A stretch of DNA of 63,507 nucleotides, the filler included, from Reclinomonas americana ATCC 50394 (Eukaryota), in assembly GCA_048213135.1 (NCBI GenBank). It is 7 parts of 4 records of this genome, joined end to end, with 100 filler letters (N's around TTAATTAATTAA, not from the genome) between each part and the next. Parts side by side here need not be neighbours in the genome. Positions count along the whole stretch, not along the records: positions 21,059 to 43,821 come from PS015187.1; 6 more parts are not named here. One strand, given 5' to 3'. Below, piece after piece: positions 24,101 through 38,500 of the stretch. Each line of letters begins with the position of its first letter. Position 1 is the first letter of the stretch. The notes under the pieces are model-generated. The model was given only the letters and a program-made list of their open reading frames with translations. It did not search any database and had not been told where the DNA came from. The position numbers and the translations under genes are program-made.

Positions 24101-27100
24101 AAGAGAAGAAGAGATAAGAAGGGATGAAAAGAGACATGATGAGAATGGGAAGGGACGAGGAGAGACACAGAGACGGATACAGAGAGTTGAGAGAGAGAGA
24201 GAGAGAGAGACGGGACACACACACACATACACACACACACACGCAAGAGAGAGAAGAGAGTGAGAGAGACGAAGAGAAGCGCGAGTGGGTACTTCTCCAT
24301 TTTCTTTCCCTAAAATATATCCACTTTTCGCAGATTGTCATCACCAACGCCGCCGGTGGCACCTCGTCCACCGCCTTTCCTGCCGCCGCCTTGCAGGCAG
24401 GAGTAGCCCCCACCAGCGCTGCGTTTATGAATCGCACTGGCGCGACAGTCACCGCCGGCGCCGGTACCTCTGCCACCGGCTTTCTTAGTATCGGCGTCGA
24501 TTTTGTTATTATCAACGTGAAGAGACCGGTGAATAGCGGCGAGTTCCTCTCCACCGACACGGCGCCGGGCACATTGACGTGCGTCTCCCATGCGTCAGCT
24601 CTGTGATGGGTGGTGGAGAGAGCCGAGACTCACTCTACATTTTCTGTTGACCAGTGTGACATTCCAGTCGGCTAACAACGACGCAGGCCTCGCTGGCGCG
24701 CCGAACATGCTCGCCGCCGCCAGCGTCCAGTACCTGTCGTCGCCTAGTCAGGTGCAGTTTTCTTTAAGACAGAGGAAGCATCCATGAAGCATTCTGACCC
24801 GTCTTCTCCATTCCATCTCCGCGCAGAGCATGGGCTTCACGGCCTACTCCTTCGTGGCCGCCATCAAACCGCAAGCCGGCGACCTTGTCGTGCAAGTCAC
24901 CATGCAAAACAACATCGGCCCGCTCACCCTCCCCTGTTGTGACTCGGCGGTCGGTGGCGTGGCCGACGTCATCACCTTTGCGGCAGCCGTTGGCACGCCG
25001 GCGGCCATCAAGTTGCGTGGTCTTCCGTGATCTTGGGTGATTCTGTGCTCACACTTCCTTCTTTGCTTTCTCGCAGTTCGGTCAGCGTGATCGATATCAC
25101 CGACACGTCGTCGGTGCTGGTGATTCGTGTCACTAGCGGCAGCGCAACGTGGACGGCGCCACAGCTGGCCTGGCAAGCGGCGGGCTCCAATCGTGTGATT
25201 GCCGATGTGCTGGCCACTGTCACTGGGGCTTCTGGTGTGCCTTTCTCGCCCACTTGTACGGCTTTGTCGGGTGGTCCGCTGATGTTGCGTGATGGGGCAA
25301 AGGGAAAGACTGGATGCCTCAAATCTGTGACAAGATGGGCTATTGTGCTCTCTCTCACTTCTCACATTCTTTTTCTCATTTCATAACTCTGCTCCGTCAC
25401 TGTCGCTCCGTTGCTGTGGCTCCTTTTGCTGTGGCTCCTTCGCTGTCGCTCCTTCACTGTGGCTCCTTCGCTGTGGCTCCTTCGCTGTGGCTCCATTGCT
25501 GTCGCTCTCCTTTCCTGTCGCTCTCCTTTGCTGTCGCTCTCCTTTGCTGTCGCTCTCCTTTTCTGTCGCTCTCCTTCGCTGTGGCTCCATTGCTGTCGCT
25601 CTCCTTTGCTGTCGCCCCTTTGCTGTCGCCCCTTTGCTGTCGCTCCTTTGCTGTCGCTCCTTTGCTGTCGCTCCTTTGCTGTCGCTCCTTTGCTGTCGCT
25701 CTCCTTCGCTGTCGCTCCTTTGCTGTCGCTCCTTGCTGCCACTCCTTTGCTGTCGCTCCTTTGCTGTCGCTCCTTTTCTGTCGCTCTCCTTTGCTGTCGC
25801 TCCTTTGCTGTTGCACTCCTTTGCTGTGGCTCCGTTGCTGTGGCTCCTTTTGCTGTCGCTCACTGTCATCTGTTTTGTGCAACACAGCCATCAAACACCC
25901 TACTTTTGCCAAATAACTGGCCTCTCTGGCGGTCAAAAATACTCCCTCAATGTTGCGTCTGCCGTCAACACCTTGCTCGTTTCTCATTACCCACCATTTG
26001 CCATCGCAGGTGCAAGTCGCTGTCACGACCGCCGCTGGAACACAAGTGTATGGTAGTTCACTGGCCAGCAATGTGAACTTCTTCACTGCCACCAGTTGCG
26101 AATCGTATCCATTCAGTCTTTAGGCTCGCCTCTCTCTCTCTCTCTCTCTCTCTCTNNNNNNNNNNNNNNNNNNNNNNNNNNNNNNNNNNNNNNNNNNNNN
26201 NNNNNNNNNNNNNNNNNNNNNNNNNNNNNNNNNNNNNNNNNNNNNNNNNNNNNNNNNNNNNNNNNNNNNNNNNNNNNNNNNNNNNNNNNNNNNNNNNNNN
26301 NNNNNNNNNNNNNNNNNNNNNNNNNNNNNNNNNNNNNNNNNNNNNNNNNNNNNNNNNNNNNNNNNNNNNNNNNNNNNNNNNNNNNNNNNNNNNNNNNNNN
26401 NNNNNNNNNNNNNNNNNNNNNNNNNNNNNNNNNNNNNNNNNNNNNNNNNNNNNNNACTTAACCTCTCTCTTTCCCTGTCATTTCTCTTGCTGTATCTATC
26501 TGCTCTTCTTTCTAGCACACTCTTTCTTTCCTTGCCCTCTCTCACACCGAATAATTGCATTTCATTTCCACTTCTTGCATCTGACTGCAATGATCCCTGT
26601 TGTGCCAACACATTATCCCCAGTTTCTTCTCTCCTCTCTGAGCCTCCGTTTCATGGTCCATGCCTTTCACTATTGCCTCTTTCCTCTCCTATTCTAACCA
26701 TATCTTTTCCTCCCTACCCCTGCCCACCTTTCCCCTCTCCACCCTTCCCTCTTTAGATCGCCCGGACCTCCCCAACTCCAACTCCACCCCGCTGGTGGCC
26801 TACTACCTCACCACCGACGGCGCCACGCTGTGGCTGCGCTTGCCGACCTCCACCGTCGGCCAGGTGGGCATTCGAGCGGCCACCTCGGCCACTGTGGACC
26901 CCACAGCTTTTGCCACCAACCCCTTCACGATTGCCAGTCGCAGCGACGCCGAGCGCCTCGTCCAAGTCACCAGCACGCAGACGGCAGTCGGCAGCTGGGT
27001 CTCCTCCAAGCTGACGCTGCTGCGACCTGGCATTACACTGGAGGTCGCCGTGTATACGGAAACACAAATCAACCGCAGCGCCGACGCCTTTGTGTTCCGC

Positions 27101-30100
27101 ATGACACTGCCGACCAGCACGTCGGTCTCCATCACCGCCCCCACCATCACCAATGTGCGCTACATTACCAATTCGGCATTGTGGTTGGAGTGGACGGGAA
27201 TCCCCGACGCTGTGGGCACGGAGACAGCGGCAGCGTGGATCGTGCAGAGCCGCTGCAACAACAATCTGGCGTGGCAGGCCTCCACATTCTCCGATGTGAC
27301 GGGTGCGGCCAACAGCGCGGCGACCAATCGTAATTTTGTGGCGGCGCAGGTCACCACCGGTCTGGAGCCCGGCAAGTGTGAAATAAGGGTGCGGAGGGGG
27401 GGTTAGAGAGGGAAAGGGGGAGGAGGGGAGAGGAAGGGGGAAGGGGGAAGGGAGAAGGGAGAAAGGGGGGAGAAGTGGAGAAGGGGAGAGGAAGGGGAAA
27501 GGGGGAGGGAGAAGGGGGAGAGGAATCGATGATAACACACACATCGGTCAGGGTTAAGAGTGGTGGAGAGACACTTATCACATACACACGCACCGATCAA
27601 CAGTTGAGAGTGGAGAAGAGAGACACTGATTGCACGCACACGCCGATCAAGAGTTGAGGGCGGAGGAGAGAGACAATGATTGCACGCACACGCCGATCAC
27701 GGGTTGAATTGGAGATACATTGATTGCACGCACACACGTATCAACGGTTGAGAGTGGAGGTGAGAGACACTGATTGCACGCACACACGTATCAACGGTTG
27801 AGAGTGGAGGAGAGAGACATTGATTGCACGCACACGCCGATCAAGGGTCGGGGGTGGAGGAGAAACACTATTGCACGCACACTCACCGATCAAGGTAGAG
27901 GGTGGAGAGAAACACAGATCTCACACACACCGACCACGCATTGAGGGTAAGAAGAGCACTGATCACACGCACACACCGATCAAGGGTCAAGGGGTGGAGA
28001 GAGACGCTGATTGCACGCACACACACCGATGAAGGGTCGAGCATGGAGGAGAGACATTGATGGCGCTCATATCTGACTGCTCATTCTTCATCCCTCCCCA
28101 ATCTCGCAGGTCGCCTGGTCCAACACGTTGACGACTGGCACATTCTCTGCCGCTTCCAGGTTGCGTTGTATTTCTCCGATCTGCTTCTGCCTATCCTCGC
28201 ATAACCCAATCTTCATTTGTACGCAGCGTGACGACTCCATCATCCACCGCCCCCCCGGACCTGCCCACGAACATGCGTGTCGATCAGATCACCACCTCGT
28301 CCATCATGGTGGCGGTCAACTTTCCCAATGTGTGGGGTGGCGCCGACGCAGCACCTTCGCCTGTCACGTTCGCCTTCCAGGTTGCGCTGCGCAGTGGAAG
28401 CTCCCCATTCGGACCGGATATTGCACTGCTCGGAGCGGGCACTGGAGCCGTGACGTCGTCGTTTAACGGCCTTTTCAGCTACACCTCGGGCGCGTATCAA
28501 CAGATTATTGGCATTCAGCAGGCGCCGCCGAATGTGAATGTGTTCCTCGGTTGGTCATCGAAGTGTTTGATCATCTCTTTTGTCTTCTTCTATTCACCAC
28601 CCCCGCCCGCAGCTGCCGGTAATCAATACGAAGTCCTGGCTTCTGCGGTCACAGCCGACGGCAGTAGCGCCCTCACCTCACCTATCCGTGTGGCCACTGA
28701 ATTCTCCGGCAGCATTCCCGCCGCACCCACCCGACTGACGGTCGATCGACTGTCAGGTGACGCAGCACGCATTGTCCTGTCGCGTCCAATCAATGAGGGT
28801 GGCGATGCGCTGACAGTAGGAGCCGGCGTGGCGTACCGATGGAGAGGTGCGTAACATTGACTCAGCAAGAGTGGTTGTCTCTCTCTGTACCTCTCTTTCT
28901 TCGCTGCGTTCTTCACTGCATTACTGCGATCTCTACTGCGTTCTTCTCTTCGTTCCTCTCTTCGTTCCTCTCTTCGTTCCTCTCTTCGTTCCTCTCTTCG
29001 TTCCTCTCTTCGTTCCTCTCTTCGTTCCTCTCTTCGATCCTCTCTTCGTTCCTCACTGCGTTCCTCTCTTCGTTCCTCTCTTCGTTCCTCTCTTCGTTCC
29101 TCTCTTCGTTCCTCACTGCGTTCCTCTCTTCGTTCCTCTCTGCGTTCCTCTCGTTGGTCCTCTCTTCGTTGCTCACTGCATTCCTCACTGCGTTCCTCTC
29201 TTCGTTCCTCACTGCGTTCCTCTCTTCGTTCCTCACTGCGTTCCTCTCTTCGTTCCTCACTGCGTTCCTCTCTTCGTTCCTCACTGCGTTCCTCTCGTTG
29301 GTCCTCTCTTTGTTCCTCTCTTCGTTGCTCACTGCGTTCCTCTCTTCGTTCCTCTCTTTGTTCCTCTCTTCGTTCGTCTCTTTGTTCCTCTTTGTTCCTC
29401 ACTGCGTTCCTCTCTTCGTTCCTCTCTTCGTTCTTCTCTTCGTTCCTCTCTTTGTTCCTCTCTTNNNNNNNNNNNNNNNNNNNNNNNNNNNNNNNNNNNN
29501 NNNNNNNNNNNNNNNNNNNNNNNNNNNNNNNNNNNNNNNNNNNNNNNNNNNNNNNNNNNNNNNNNNNNNNNNNNNNNNNNNNNNNNNNNNNNNNNNNNNN
29601 NNNNNNNNNNNNNNNNNNNNNNNNNNNNNNNNNNNNNNNNNNNNNNNNNNNNNNNNNNNNNNNNNNNNNNNNNNNNNNNNNNNNNNNNNNNNNNNNNNNN
29701 NNNNNNNNNNNNNNNNNNNNNNNNNNNNNNNNNNNNNNNNNNNNNNNNNNNNNNNNNNNNNNNNNNNNNNNNNNNNNNNNNNNNNNNNNNNNNNNNNNNN
29801 NNNNNNNNNNNNNNNNNNNNNNNNNNNNNNNNNNNNNNNNNNNNNNNNNNNNNNNNNNNNNNNNNNNNNNNNNNNNNNNNNNNNNNNNNNNNNNNNNNNN
29901 NNNNNNNNNNNNNNNNNNNNNNNNNNNNNNNNNNNNNNNNNNNNNNNNNNNNNNNNNNNNNNNNNNNNNNNNNNNNNNNNNNNNNNNNNNNNNNNNNNNN
30001 NNNNNNNNNNNNNNNNNNNNNNNNNNNNNNNNNNNNNNNNNNNNNNNNNNNNNNNNNNNNNNNNNNNNNNNNNNNNNNNNNNNNNNNNNNNNNNNNNNNN

Positions 30101-33100
30101 NNNNNNNNNNNNNNNNNNNNNNNNNNNNNNNNNNNNNNNNNNNNNNNNNNNNNNNNNNNNNNNNNNNNNNNNNNNNNNNNNNNNNNNNNNNNNNNNCTCC
30201 CTTCCCCGCCCTTTCCCCTTCTCCCCCTTCCCTTCTCCCCCTTCCCATCTCTCACCCTTCCCCCACATACAGTGTACACCTACACCTCGAACCCCAAATC
30301 CCTGCGCCTCGTGACGACGGCAACGACGCAATTGAGCATCGACACGTCGCGGATGACGGGTGTGGGCGGCACCAGTCCGTACAACGTGGACGGCCAGTGG
30401 GCCATTCTCATCACCGATCTGACGGCGGCCACCACCTACAACTTTTACGTGACGGGCGCCAATCAGTTCTCCGTGGCCACCCCGGCCATGGGCTATGATC
30501 CGACCTCCTCCACCACGCCGACCAACTTGAGCACGCTGTTGACGCTGGTCACCCTCTCGTCCACCTCGACCATCCCCGCCGTCACCAACCTGCAAGTGGT
30601 GCAACTGACCTCCAACTCGGTGACGCTTTCGTGGGCATTCAGTCAGACGCAGGGTCCGAGTATGATTGTCTCGTTCCGTCTGGATCGGCAGCTGAGCTCC
30701 GGAACCTTCTCCACTTTACTCTCCTTCCCCGTGCCCATCTCTGGCTACACCGTCGTCGGCACCAACTCGGGCCTGACGGCGGGTCAGGCGGTGGCGTACC
30801 GTGTGTTTGCCGAGCAAGGCACCAACACTAGCGCTTTCACGGCGATTTCGCTGCGCACGCCGTCACCGGGAACGCTGCCGAGTGTGCCCGACGCGCCCAA
30901 TCTGGACGCCTACACCGATGCCTTCATGTATCTGTCGTGGTCGCCGCCCGTCAGCCGCGGTGGGGCGAATTCGCTGACGGCCTACCGCATCTCGGCCACG
31001 ATGAACGGGTGCACGGCGCTCTTCAAGTATTCGGGGTCGACGGTGAGCGCGGCCATGCCGGTGCTCCCCGGCAAGTCGTACACGTTCACGCTGGCGGCGG
31101 GGAACCCGGGGTGGAGTGATGAGTCGGATCCGATGAGTGCGACGGCTGGGGTGATTGTTAGTTGCGTGAGAAGGGAAGGGGGGAAGGAGGGAAGGAGGGA
31201 AGGAGGGAAGGGAAAGGGGGAGGTGGGGGAAAGGGAAAGGGGGAGTGGGGAATGTGAGAATGCGCGGAAGAGCATGGATCGCGCTGGTTTGTTGTTTTCT
31301 TGTGTTGCATTGCATGAATATTGTTTTCTTGAGTTGTGAGGAAGAGCAAGTATCGCATTTGCAGGAGGAGAAGGAGAAAAGGAGAGGGAGGGAGAAGAGA
31401 AAAGAGAGGCAGTCGTGCTGAGTGCGAACATGTAATTTGAGGGAACTAAGATATGAGAATCGCGGAAGAGTATGGATCGCGCTGGTTTGCTGTTTTTTCT
31501 CTCTTCATTTTGTCGTCGTTGTGTAGCATGCTTTGTGTGAGAAAATGTGGAGGATGTAGAGTGCGAGCAGTGAGGAAGAGCAAGTATCACATGTGTCATC
31601 TTGCGTCACGATGTGGTGTTGAAGCGCACAATGCGAGAGCGGGTCGGAGCGCAGGTGGAATAGTGTGGCAAAATGGAGAGAATGAGCATATTCTGCCATC
31701 TTGTTCCGCGTTGCTTGCGGTGCCGTATTGTTGGCCTCTCACCTTTCTTCTTTCTTTCTATCATTGTTTTGCGGCGCTTATGTTGACTTGCGCCGTTTCC
31801 TTGTCTTCGATGAGTATGATCGCTCCTTGTCATGCTTACTCTCACTGCATCTCTCTCTCTCTGTGTGTGCGCACAAGTGTGATGTTTCCTCGCAAGTCAT
31901 GCCTTGTGTGAATCGAAGTGAGAGAAACGTCCTTTATCTGTACAAAGAAAGTGAGACTATTCACTAACTTTCTGCTTCATGTCACCACCCTTCTCCACTC
32001 CGTCCCCCTCCCTTCTGTCTTGCTCACCTATTACCGCAGAGCCCTACCCTCCCCCCGCCATGTCCATCGAAGTCGTCGGCTCCGGCTACGTCTCCTTGCG
32101 ACTGACGCGACCGTGCACGATGACGGGCACCTCGGCCACTCGCGATCTCGACTACATTGGCTACCAGGTGCTCGTCGAGTCGAGTCTGTACAACATCACG
32201 CAGCCGGTGTTCACTCCCGACCGTGCCTACACGATTCCCACTGGCAAATTCGCGCTGCCTGTGTCGACGGTGGCCGTGATCAATGGGTTGTATGCCAACA
32301 CGCGATATCGCTTCAAGGTGGCGGCCTACAATGGGGCGGATGTGGTGGAGAGTGTGGATTTCCTGGAGACAACCACCAATGCGCAGGTCATTCGTTGCGT
32401 GCTGGGGGTGGGAAAGGGAAGGATGAAAGGAAAGGGATGAATGAGGAAGGGAGAGATTGAGAGCCAAAAGAAGAAAAAACGGGAGCAGAGAGGCGACAGA
32501 AGAGAGGGAGAGAGGTGATGAACAGTTGGGAATGGGGATGATGATAATCGAAGAGAAGCGAGAGACAATCGAAGGGAAGCGAGAGAGCCAATCGAAGAGA
32601 ACAGAGAGTGAGAGAGCAGAACTGTGAGGGCGGGAGAGAATAGTGCGGGAAACGACTGAAGAAATTGAGAGAGATTTGAGATAGACAGTGAAACAATGGA
32701 AAAGAAGCGAGAGAGGCTGCAGAAGAGTGCGAGAGAAACGACAGAAGATATGAGATGCAAAAAAGAGAGAAACTGGAACAGAAGAGGAAGGAGAAGACAA
32801 TGGAAGAGAAGCAACAGTGAGAGAAACGACAGATGACGAGAGGGAAGCTGTGTATGTGAGAGGGACAACACAAGAGGAGCGGTTACATTGTAAGGGAGTC
32901 AACTGAAAGCATGAGATCGAGAATGCAAGCGAGAGTTACAGGCATGAGACGTGACGAGACTGGAAGGGGTACAAATTGCGAAAGAGCGTGAGAGGAATGG
33001 AAAAAAAGGGGCACAGATGGAAAGAGAAAGGACTCAGCATAGAGAAAGGAGCAGAAAATGGAGAGAGAACGAGAGAGAGACACCCCTGTGCCCTTCGTCA

Positions 33101-33812
33101 TCTCCTTCCTTACAATCTGTGCAGCTCCCGGTGCCGTGCGCGCATCAGTGGATCTCCTTGCCAAACGCGGCACCAGTATTCCACTCACATGGATGCAGCC
33201 CGACGAGACTGGCGGTGAGGGTTACATCACCAACTGGTGGATCCATTGGGTCGGCGATTCCTCCGCGTCGATGAATGTCACCTCGACCTCCACCACCACT
33301 GTTCCGAATCTTGTGGATGGAGCTCTGTACAGTATGGATGTTGCGTGTGTTGAAACAGGGATTCGCTGCTGTCGTGGATTTGCTGCAGTGGCTCACTCGC
33401 ATTCATAGGTGCGTGGTATCAATTCCGCGGGCATCGGCACCTCTGGCGCTCTGTGGGACCAGTTTGCCGTCGACAATGGTGCGAATGGATTGGTTCGCAC
33501 GGGTCGTGTCCCGTCGGATCCGACCTCGGTGACGGCCATGACGAGTACGGAGGGTTCCATTGTTTTGAACTGGGTGCCAGGTGCGGGCGGAACGCGGGTG
33601 CCCTTCAAGCATCAGGTGAGTGAGGGAAAGGGGGAAGAGGCGGAAGGGCGAGAAATAGAGAAGGAATGTGTGTTTAGTCTTGTACTGTCCTTGACTTTCT
33701 TTGCATACTAGTTGCCTTCTCTTCTCCCACTGCGCCCGTTTCCCGTGTCTTTCACTTTTCCACATTCCCTTGCGCTCCTTCCTCTTAACTTTTCATTCTT
33801 TCTTTGTCTTTT

Positions 33813-33858
<46 letters not shown>

Positions 33859-35146
33859 TCTCTCTTTCTCTCTTGTTTCGCCTGCTTCTTTGCACGTTGA
33901 AAGGTCTCTCAGCTCCCTACTCACTGTCACCCTCTTCTCCCTTCCTCTCTCTCCTCTTTCATCAGGTGCTCTGCGAGGTCTCTGGAAACTTCACCGTGCC
34001 AAAGATCGAACCGCTCTCCGGCACCAGCGCGCAAGCCTTGGTGTCGGTTACACCAGGCGCATTCTATCGGTAATCTCTCTTTCCCTCCTTCTCATCATTC
34101 TCCACCACGTCCCTCACTCCCTCAGCCCACAGCTTCCGCGTGGTGGCCACCAACGAAGTCGGCACGAGCGCCCCCTCCCTCTCCGTGTACGTGCAGGCGC
34201 AGCCGTACGACGTATCGCCCACCACCGGCGCCGACATGCCGATTCAAGTGCGTGACGTCTTCCTCGAGGCCTACGGCGCCAACGAGATACGTCTGTCGTG
34301 GTACAATGTGCCCGGCGCCGCCTCCTTTGTGGTGGCCTACTGGGAGTGGACGACTCGCTTCTTGCCGTCCACGGGCAATCCGCGTGCGGCCGACGGTGGT
34401 CAGCTGCAGAGTGCCATCATTGGACCGAATGGTGTCGCGCCGTGCGCCACCATTGCGTACGCGGTGAAGCCGAGCCGGCGGTACCGGCTGGTGATTATGG
34501 CTGCGAATTCCGAGGGCTATCTGGGACTGGCGTCGCGAGGCTCCGACGGTGGCGCCTACGGCACTCCGGTGTTGCGCAGTTGCGTGATGCAAGGCGACAA
34601 ACCCCTTGTTCTCCTTCGATGTACATTTCTTATCGTCGTGACACAGAGGGCGAGCCGTCGAATCCGGGCACACCGATGCAAGTCAGCATGACCGACACGT
34701 CGATTACTGTGTTCTGGACCAAGCCAACGTCGTCGGGCCTGTCGCCCATCCAGTTCTACCAAGTCATGCTTGTGCCGCTCGACAACCGCGGACCGCCCAT
34801 CTTTGCCAGTCGCTCCGCCGTGCAGAAACTCTCCAATCTCACCACGCGTGCGGCCATTACCAGTTATTCGCTGACGATTCAGTTGCGTGTCGTGTAGGAA
34901 AAGTGTGTGAATGCGTGCTTCCGAGGCTCACGAGATTGAGGCTCAAACAGGTACCTGGCGCCCGACACGCTGTACTCGGTGAGTGTGCGCGCCTACAACT
35001 CGTACGGCTACAGTGATGCGTCGACCACGGTAACGTCGGCGACGCGTGGCTTGGCTGTGAGCAGTGGCGCGGCGGCGGTGTTGTTGTCGTTGCCGTTTAC
35101 GATTGCTTGTTTGGCGGTGATGTTGGTGGCAATAATGGTAATGTAG
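21149..35146 (+). CDS. Very large fibronectin type III repeat surface protein, 5'-partial, more than 20 exons, hydrophobic C-terminus
   Basis: Repeated FN3 signatures (LQPNTGYFVRVRAIGQWG, GLNSGVQYRFRVTAINQYG, DLTAATTYNFYVTGANQF, GLYANTRYRFKVAAYNG, LAPDTLYSVSVRAYNSYG). Ends SSGAAAVLLSLPFTIACLAVMLVAIMVM*. Confidence 0.88.
25390..25862. repeat. Intronic 14-16 bp minisatellite (TTGCTGTCGCTCCT)n
   Basis: Tandem copies inside intron 25284-25887. Confidence 0.92.
27530..28062. repeat. Intronic ~50-bp minisatellite, about 11 copies
   Basis: Unit GAGAGACACTGATTGCACGCACACGCCGATCAAGGGTTGAGAGTGGAGGA, degenerate at both ends. Confidence 0.92.
28905..29464. repeat. Intronic 12-bp minisatellite (TTCCTCTCTTCG / TTCCTCACTGCG)n
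   Basis: Tandem copies after donor 28847, running into a gap. Confidence 0.93.
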
Positions 35147-35504
35147 TCAATTGGAGAAGGGGTACAAGAGGGAAAGGAGCAGGGAATGTGTATACAGTTA
35201 CTGCGATGGACGTCTTCTGGTGGTCACTGCTGACGAAGTCTTCTTCCTGCCTGGAGGCTGTGTGTCCTGAATAGGGCGTTATTCTCAACAATGATAACAC
35301 ACTTAAAACAGTTTTAGTTGTGGAAGGAAAGCACACGAGATTTGTTGGCGATCACTGCTCATTGTTGAGTATGTCTCAGTGAAGTTTCTATTATATCTAT
35401 ATCTATTCTCGCATCATGGTGTCATCCAACAAGGGCTCGTGTTTACAACAGCTGACATAGGAATACACGGGGGATACAGCAGCAGTCGCAGACAGCGTTC
35501 TCCT

Positions 35505-38500
35505 CTATACTGGTGGCGCACCAGCGGCACCGGGCGCGGCCATCTTGAATTGCTCGATGCGCTCCTTCAGATCAGGTCCTGTGGGCAAGTGAAAAAGATG
35601 AGCACAGCGCTGGGAGCAACAGAGAGAGCAATAGAGGGAGGGAGCCAATAGAGAAAGAAGAGAGGGCGAGCTCCAGAGAGCGGGGAACTGAGGAAGGCGT
35701 GAAAGAGGAAGAAGAAGATATCTTCTACCTCACATGTATCTTGTAACCAACACAACTGTCTCTTCTATTCCACTCTCTGTCCATGTTATCACTATGAGAC
35801 ATGCAGTAGTCTCTCCTGGCCATCCTTCAGCTTCACTCATACCAATCGTTTCACGAAGCACTTCTCCACCGCGCTATGAATATCTTCTTCTTCACTCCAT
35901 GCAACGTCTCTTCTCCGCTTCTTCCTGCCTCACTCGCAATCCACACCGAATTCTTTCTCCGGACGCAGTATCGCCTCTTTCTCCACGACTCAATTCTCCC
36001 TCCCATCCTCCTTTTCCTACCCTCTCCTCATTCCCCTGCCTCGCTCGTAATCCATGACAACTCTTTCTCCGAACGCAGCACTCATATCATCCATTCCTTG
36101 CCTCAATTTTCCACCACTACTTTCTCGCTCTCCAATCCCCTACCCTCCTGCCTCGCTCTTATTCCACAGTAAATTCTTTCTTCTCACGCAACACCCACGA
36201 TACATTCCTTGCCTCTCCTCCCCCCCGCCCTCTCTCTCCCATCCTCGCTACCCTCCTCATCCCCCTTCCTCGCTCGCAATCCACCACATCCAAACTATCC
36301 AATTTGTCTCTCTTCGCACCTGTCCACTTCTTACACTCAACAACCGATTCTCTTCCTCTCCACTCTCTCCCCCCACCCCTCCCCCTCCCCTTCCCCCCTT
36401 TCCCCTCCCCTCCCCCAACACGCACGTGGCTTCAAATCCTCCAACGTCAGCGGCATATTGTTGAACGGATTGCGCGGATCATTCAGCAAATGCCGGCTGA
36501 TCGTCATGCGATCGCACACCTGCCCGCCCGGCATCTCCACCGGATCGCTCATGAGATCGTACGTCAGCATGTCGAGCAAATCGTCCGGCGGGTCCTCAAA
36601 GTAGCGAGCACGCGACGCCGCCACCTCTTCGGTGCTGAACACGCGCTGTATGAACTCGTCGAACCGACCGATAAAGTCGAAATCTTTCAGGTTGCGCGAG
36701 CGCAGCACCTCCAGTGCGTTGTGGAACATGGTGCGCGTGTAGCTGCGCGGATCCGACACCACGGCCATGCAGAAGCGCTCGCTGGAGGCCAGGTTCACGT
36801 AGCAGTCGACCACGTTGAGGAGGAGCTCGCGGGGGTTGAAGCGGTATTGCTCGGGTTTCTCCACCTGCGAGGAGGGTGGGGGAAGGAGAAGGGTAAGGGG
36901 ATGAAGGGGAGGGAGAAGGGGGGAAAGGGATGGAGGAGGGGAAGGGAGGGAGGGAGGAGGAGGAGGAGGAGGAGGAGGAGGAGGAGGAGGAGGAGGAGGA
37001 GGAGGAGGAGGAGGAGGAGGAGGAGGAGNNNNNNNNNNNNNNNNNNNNNNNNNNNNNNNNNNNNNNNNNNNNNNNNNNNNNNNNNNNNNNNNNNNNNNNN
37101 NNNNNNNNNNNNNNNNNNNNNNNNNNNNNNNNNNNNNNNNNNNNNNNNNNNNNNNNNNNNNNNNNNNNNNNNNAAGGGGATGAGAGGAGAAGGGAGGGGA
37201 GGGCGAGGCGGAGGACTGAACCGAGAAGGGCAAGGGGATGAAGTAGGACAAGGGAAGACGGGAGGAGAAGGGAGAGGTAAAGCATGAGGAAACTAATAAG
37301 AGATTTCGCAACAAAGAGAAGTAACACGAATGGCAAATTGAAGGAGGCAGGATGCCGAGAGAAGAAGGATGAATAACTTAACCAGTAACAGCAAGAGTAT
37401 AAAGGAACAAACTGACGTGGAAAAAAGAGTGCAGCAATGGCAACTGACAAAAATGGAACAGGAGGATGGAGTTGCATGTGGCGAGGACGATGTAGAGAGA
37501 ACGATGAGAGGAGAGAGACATGCAGTAAAATGAGACCAGAAATAACATGAATGACGAGAGGAGAGAGACGACACAACGTGACAATGAGTGAATTTCGTGA
37601 ATGTAGATGAAAACATCTGTGCTCTCGCTCGCTCGTTCTCTTTTGCCTTCTCATCTGCATTCTTGTATTTGACTGCTTCATCATACTGGCATTTTCTCAT
37701 CTGTCGTCATTCGCACTGCCTCTCACTATGCCCGTAGAGAGGAGAAAAAAGAAGGACGGGCGGGGAAGAACAGAGAAAGCCAGTTGTCGGAAAGACCTCT
37801 CCCGCTCTCTCCCTTTATCACTTTCTCTCTATTTCACATCTATCGCCCTTCTCCCTTCTCCTTCCACCCTCCCACTCACCTTCAACGCAGTGTTATTGGA
37901 GGCCAGGAACTTCAACAAGAAGTTGAGCATTTCGGCGACACGCGCCACCATGTCCTCGGTGACAAACGAGTTGGTGGTGAGCGACGACAGGTAATTGACC
38001 ATGTGCGTGGTCTCCGAGCCGAGATCCATCCACGACACGACGCGCTTCTTGTAGTCCTCGTACACGTTTTCTCGTTGTTGGCGGTCGTCCTGCATGCGAG
38101 GGGGAAGGGTGAGGACGATGGGGAGAGAAAGAGAGAGGACAAGGACAGCACTCGAGCATCATGCCTCTCTCGATTCCATCTCTCACACGCCGCCATCCGC
38201 TGTCAGCTCTCTGATCTCAGACTCTCAGATTCGTCTGCGATGTCTCTTGCGCTCTCCCTCTCTCTCGCAGAGACAATTCAGCATTCTCTCGCGAAGAATC
38301 GCACACATATACACTTGTCGAGACTGTGCTCCTTGTCGCATTCAAAGTCAATCATTCACAGCACCCGGTCACTCCACTAAACTTCATCACGCTCTCTGTC
38401 CCTCCTCTCCCTGTCCCCCTTCCCCTCTCCTCTCCTCTCCCCACTCACCGCACTCAGCGCGGCATACTCGCCCGTCGCGCGCAGCTCCTCATGATGGTGA

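Noticed and set aside
27530-28062. CRISPR-like array
   Set aside because: The whole unit repeats with no unique spacers, no cas genes, and it sits in a eukaryotic intron.
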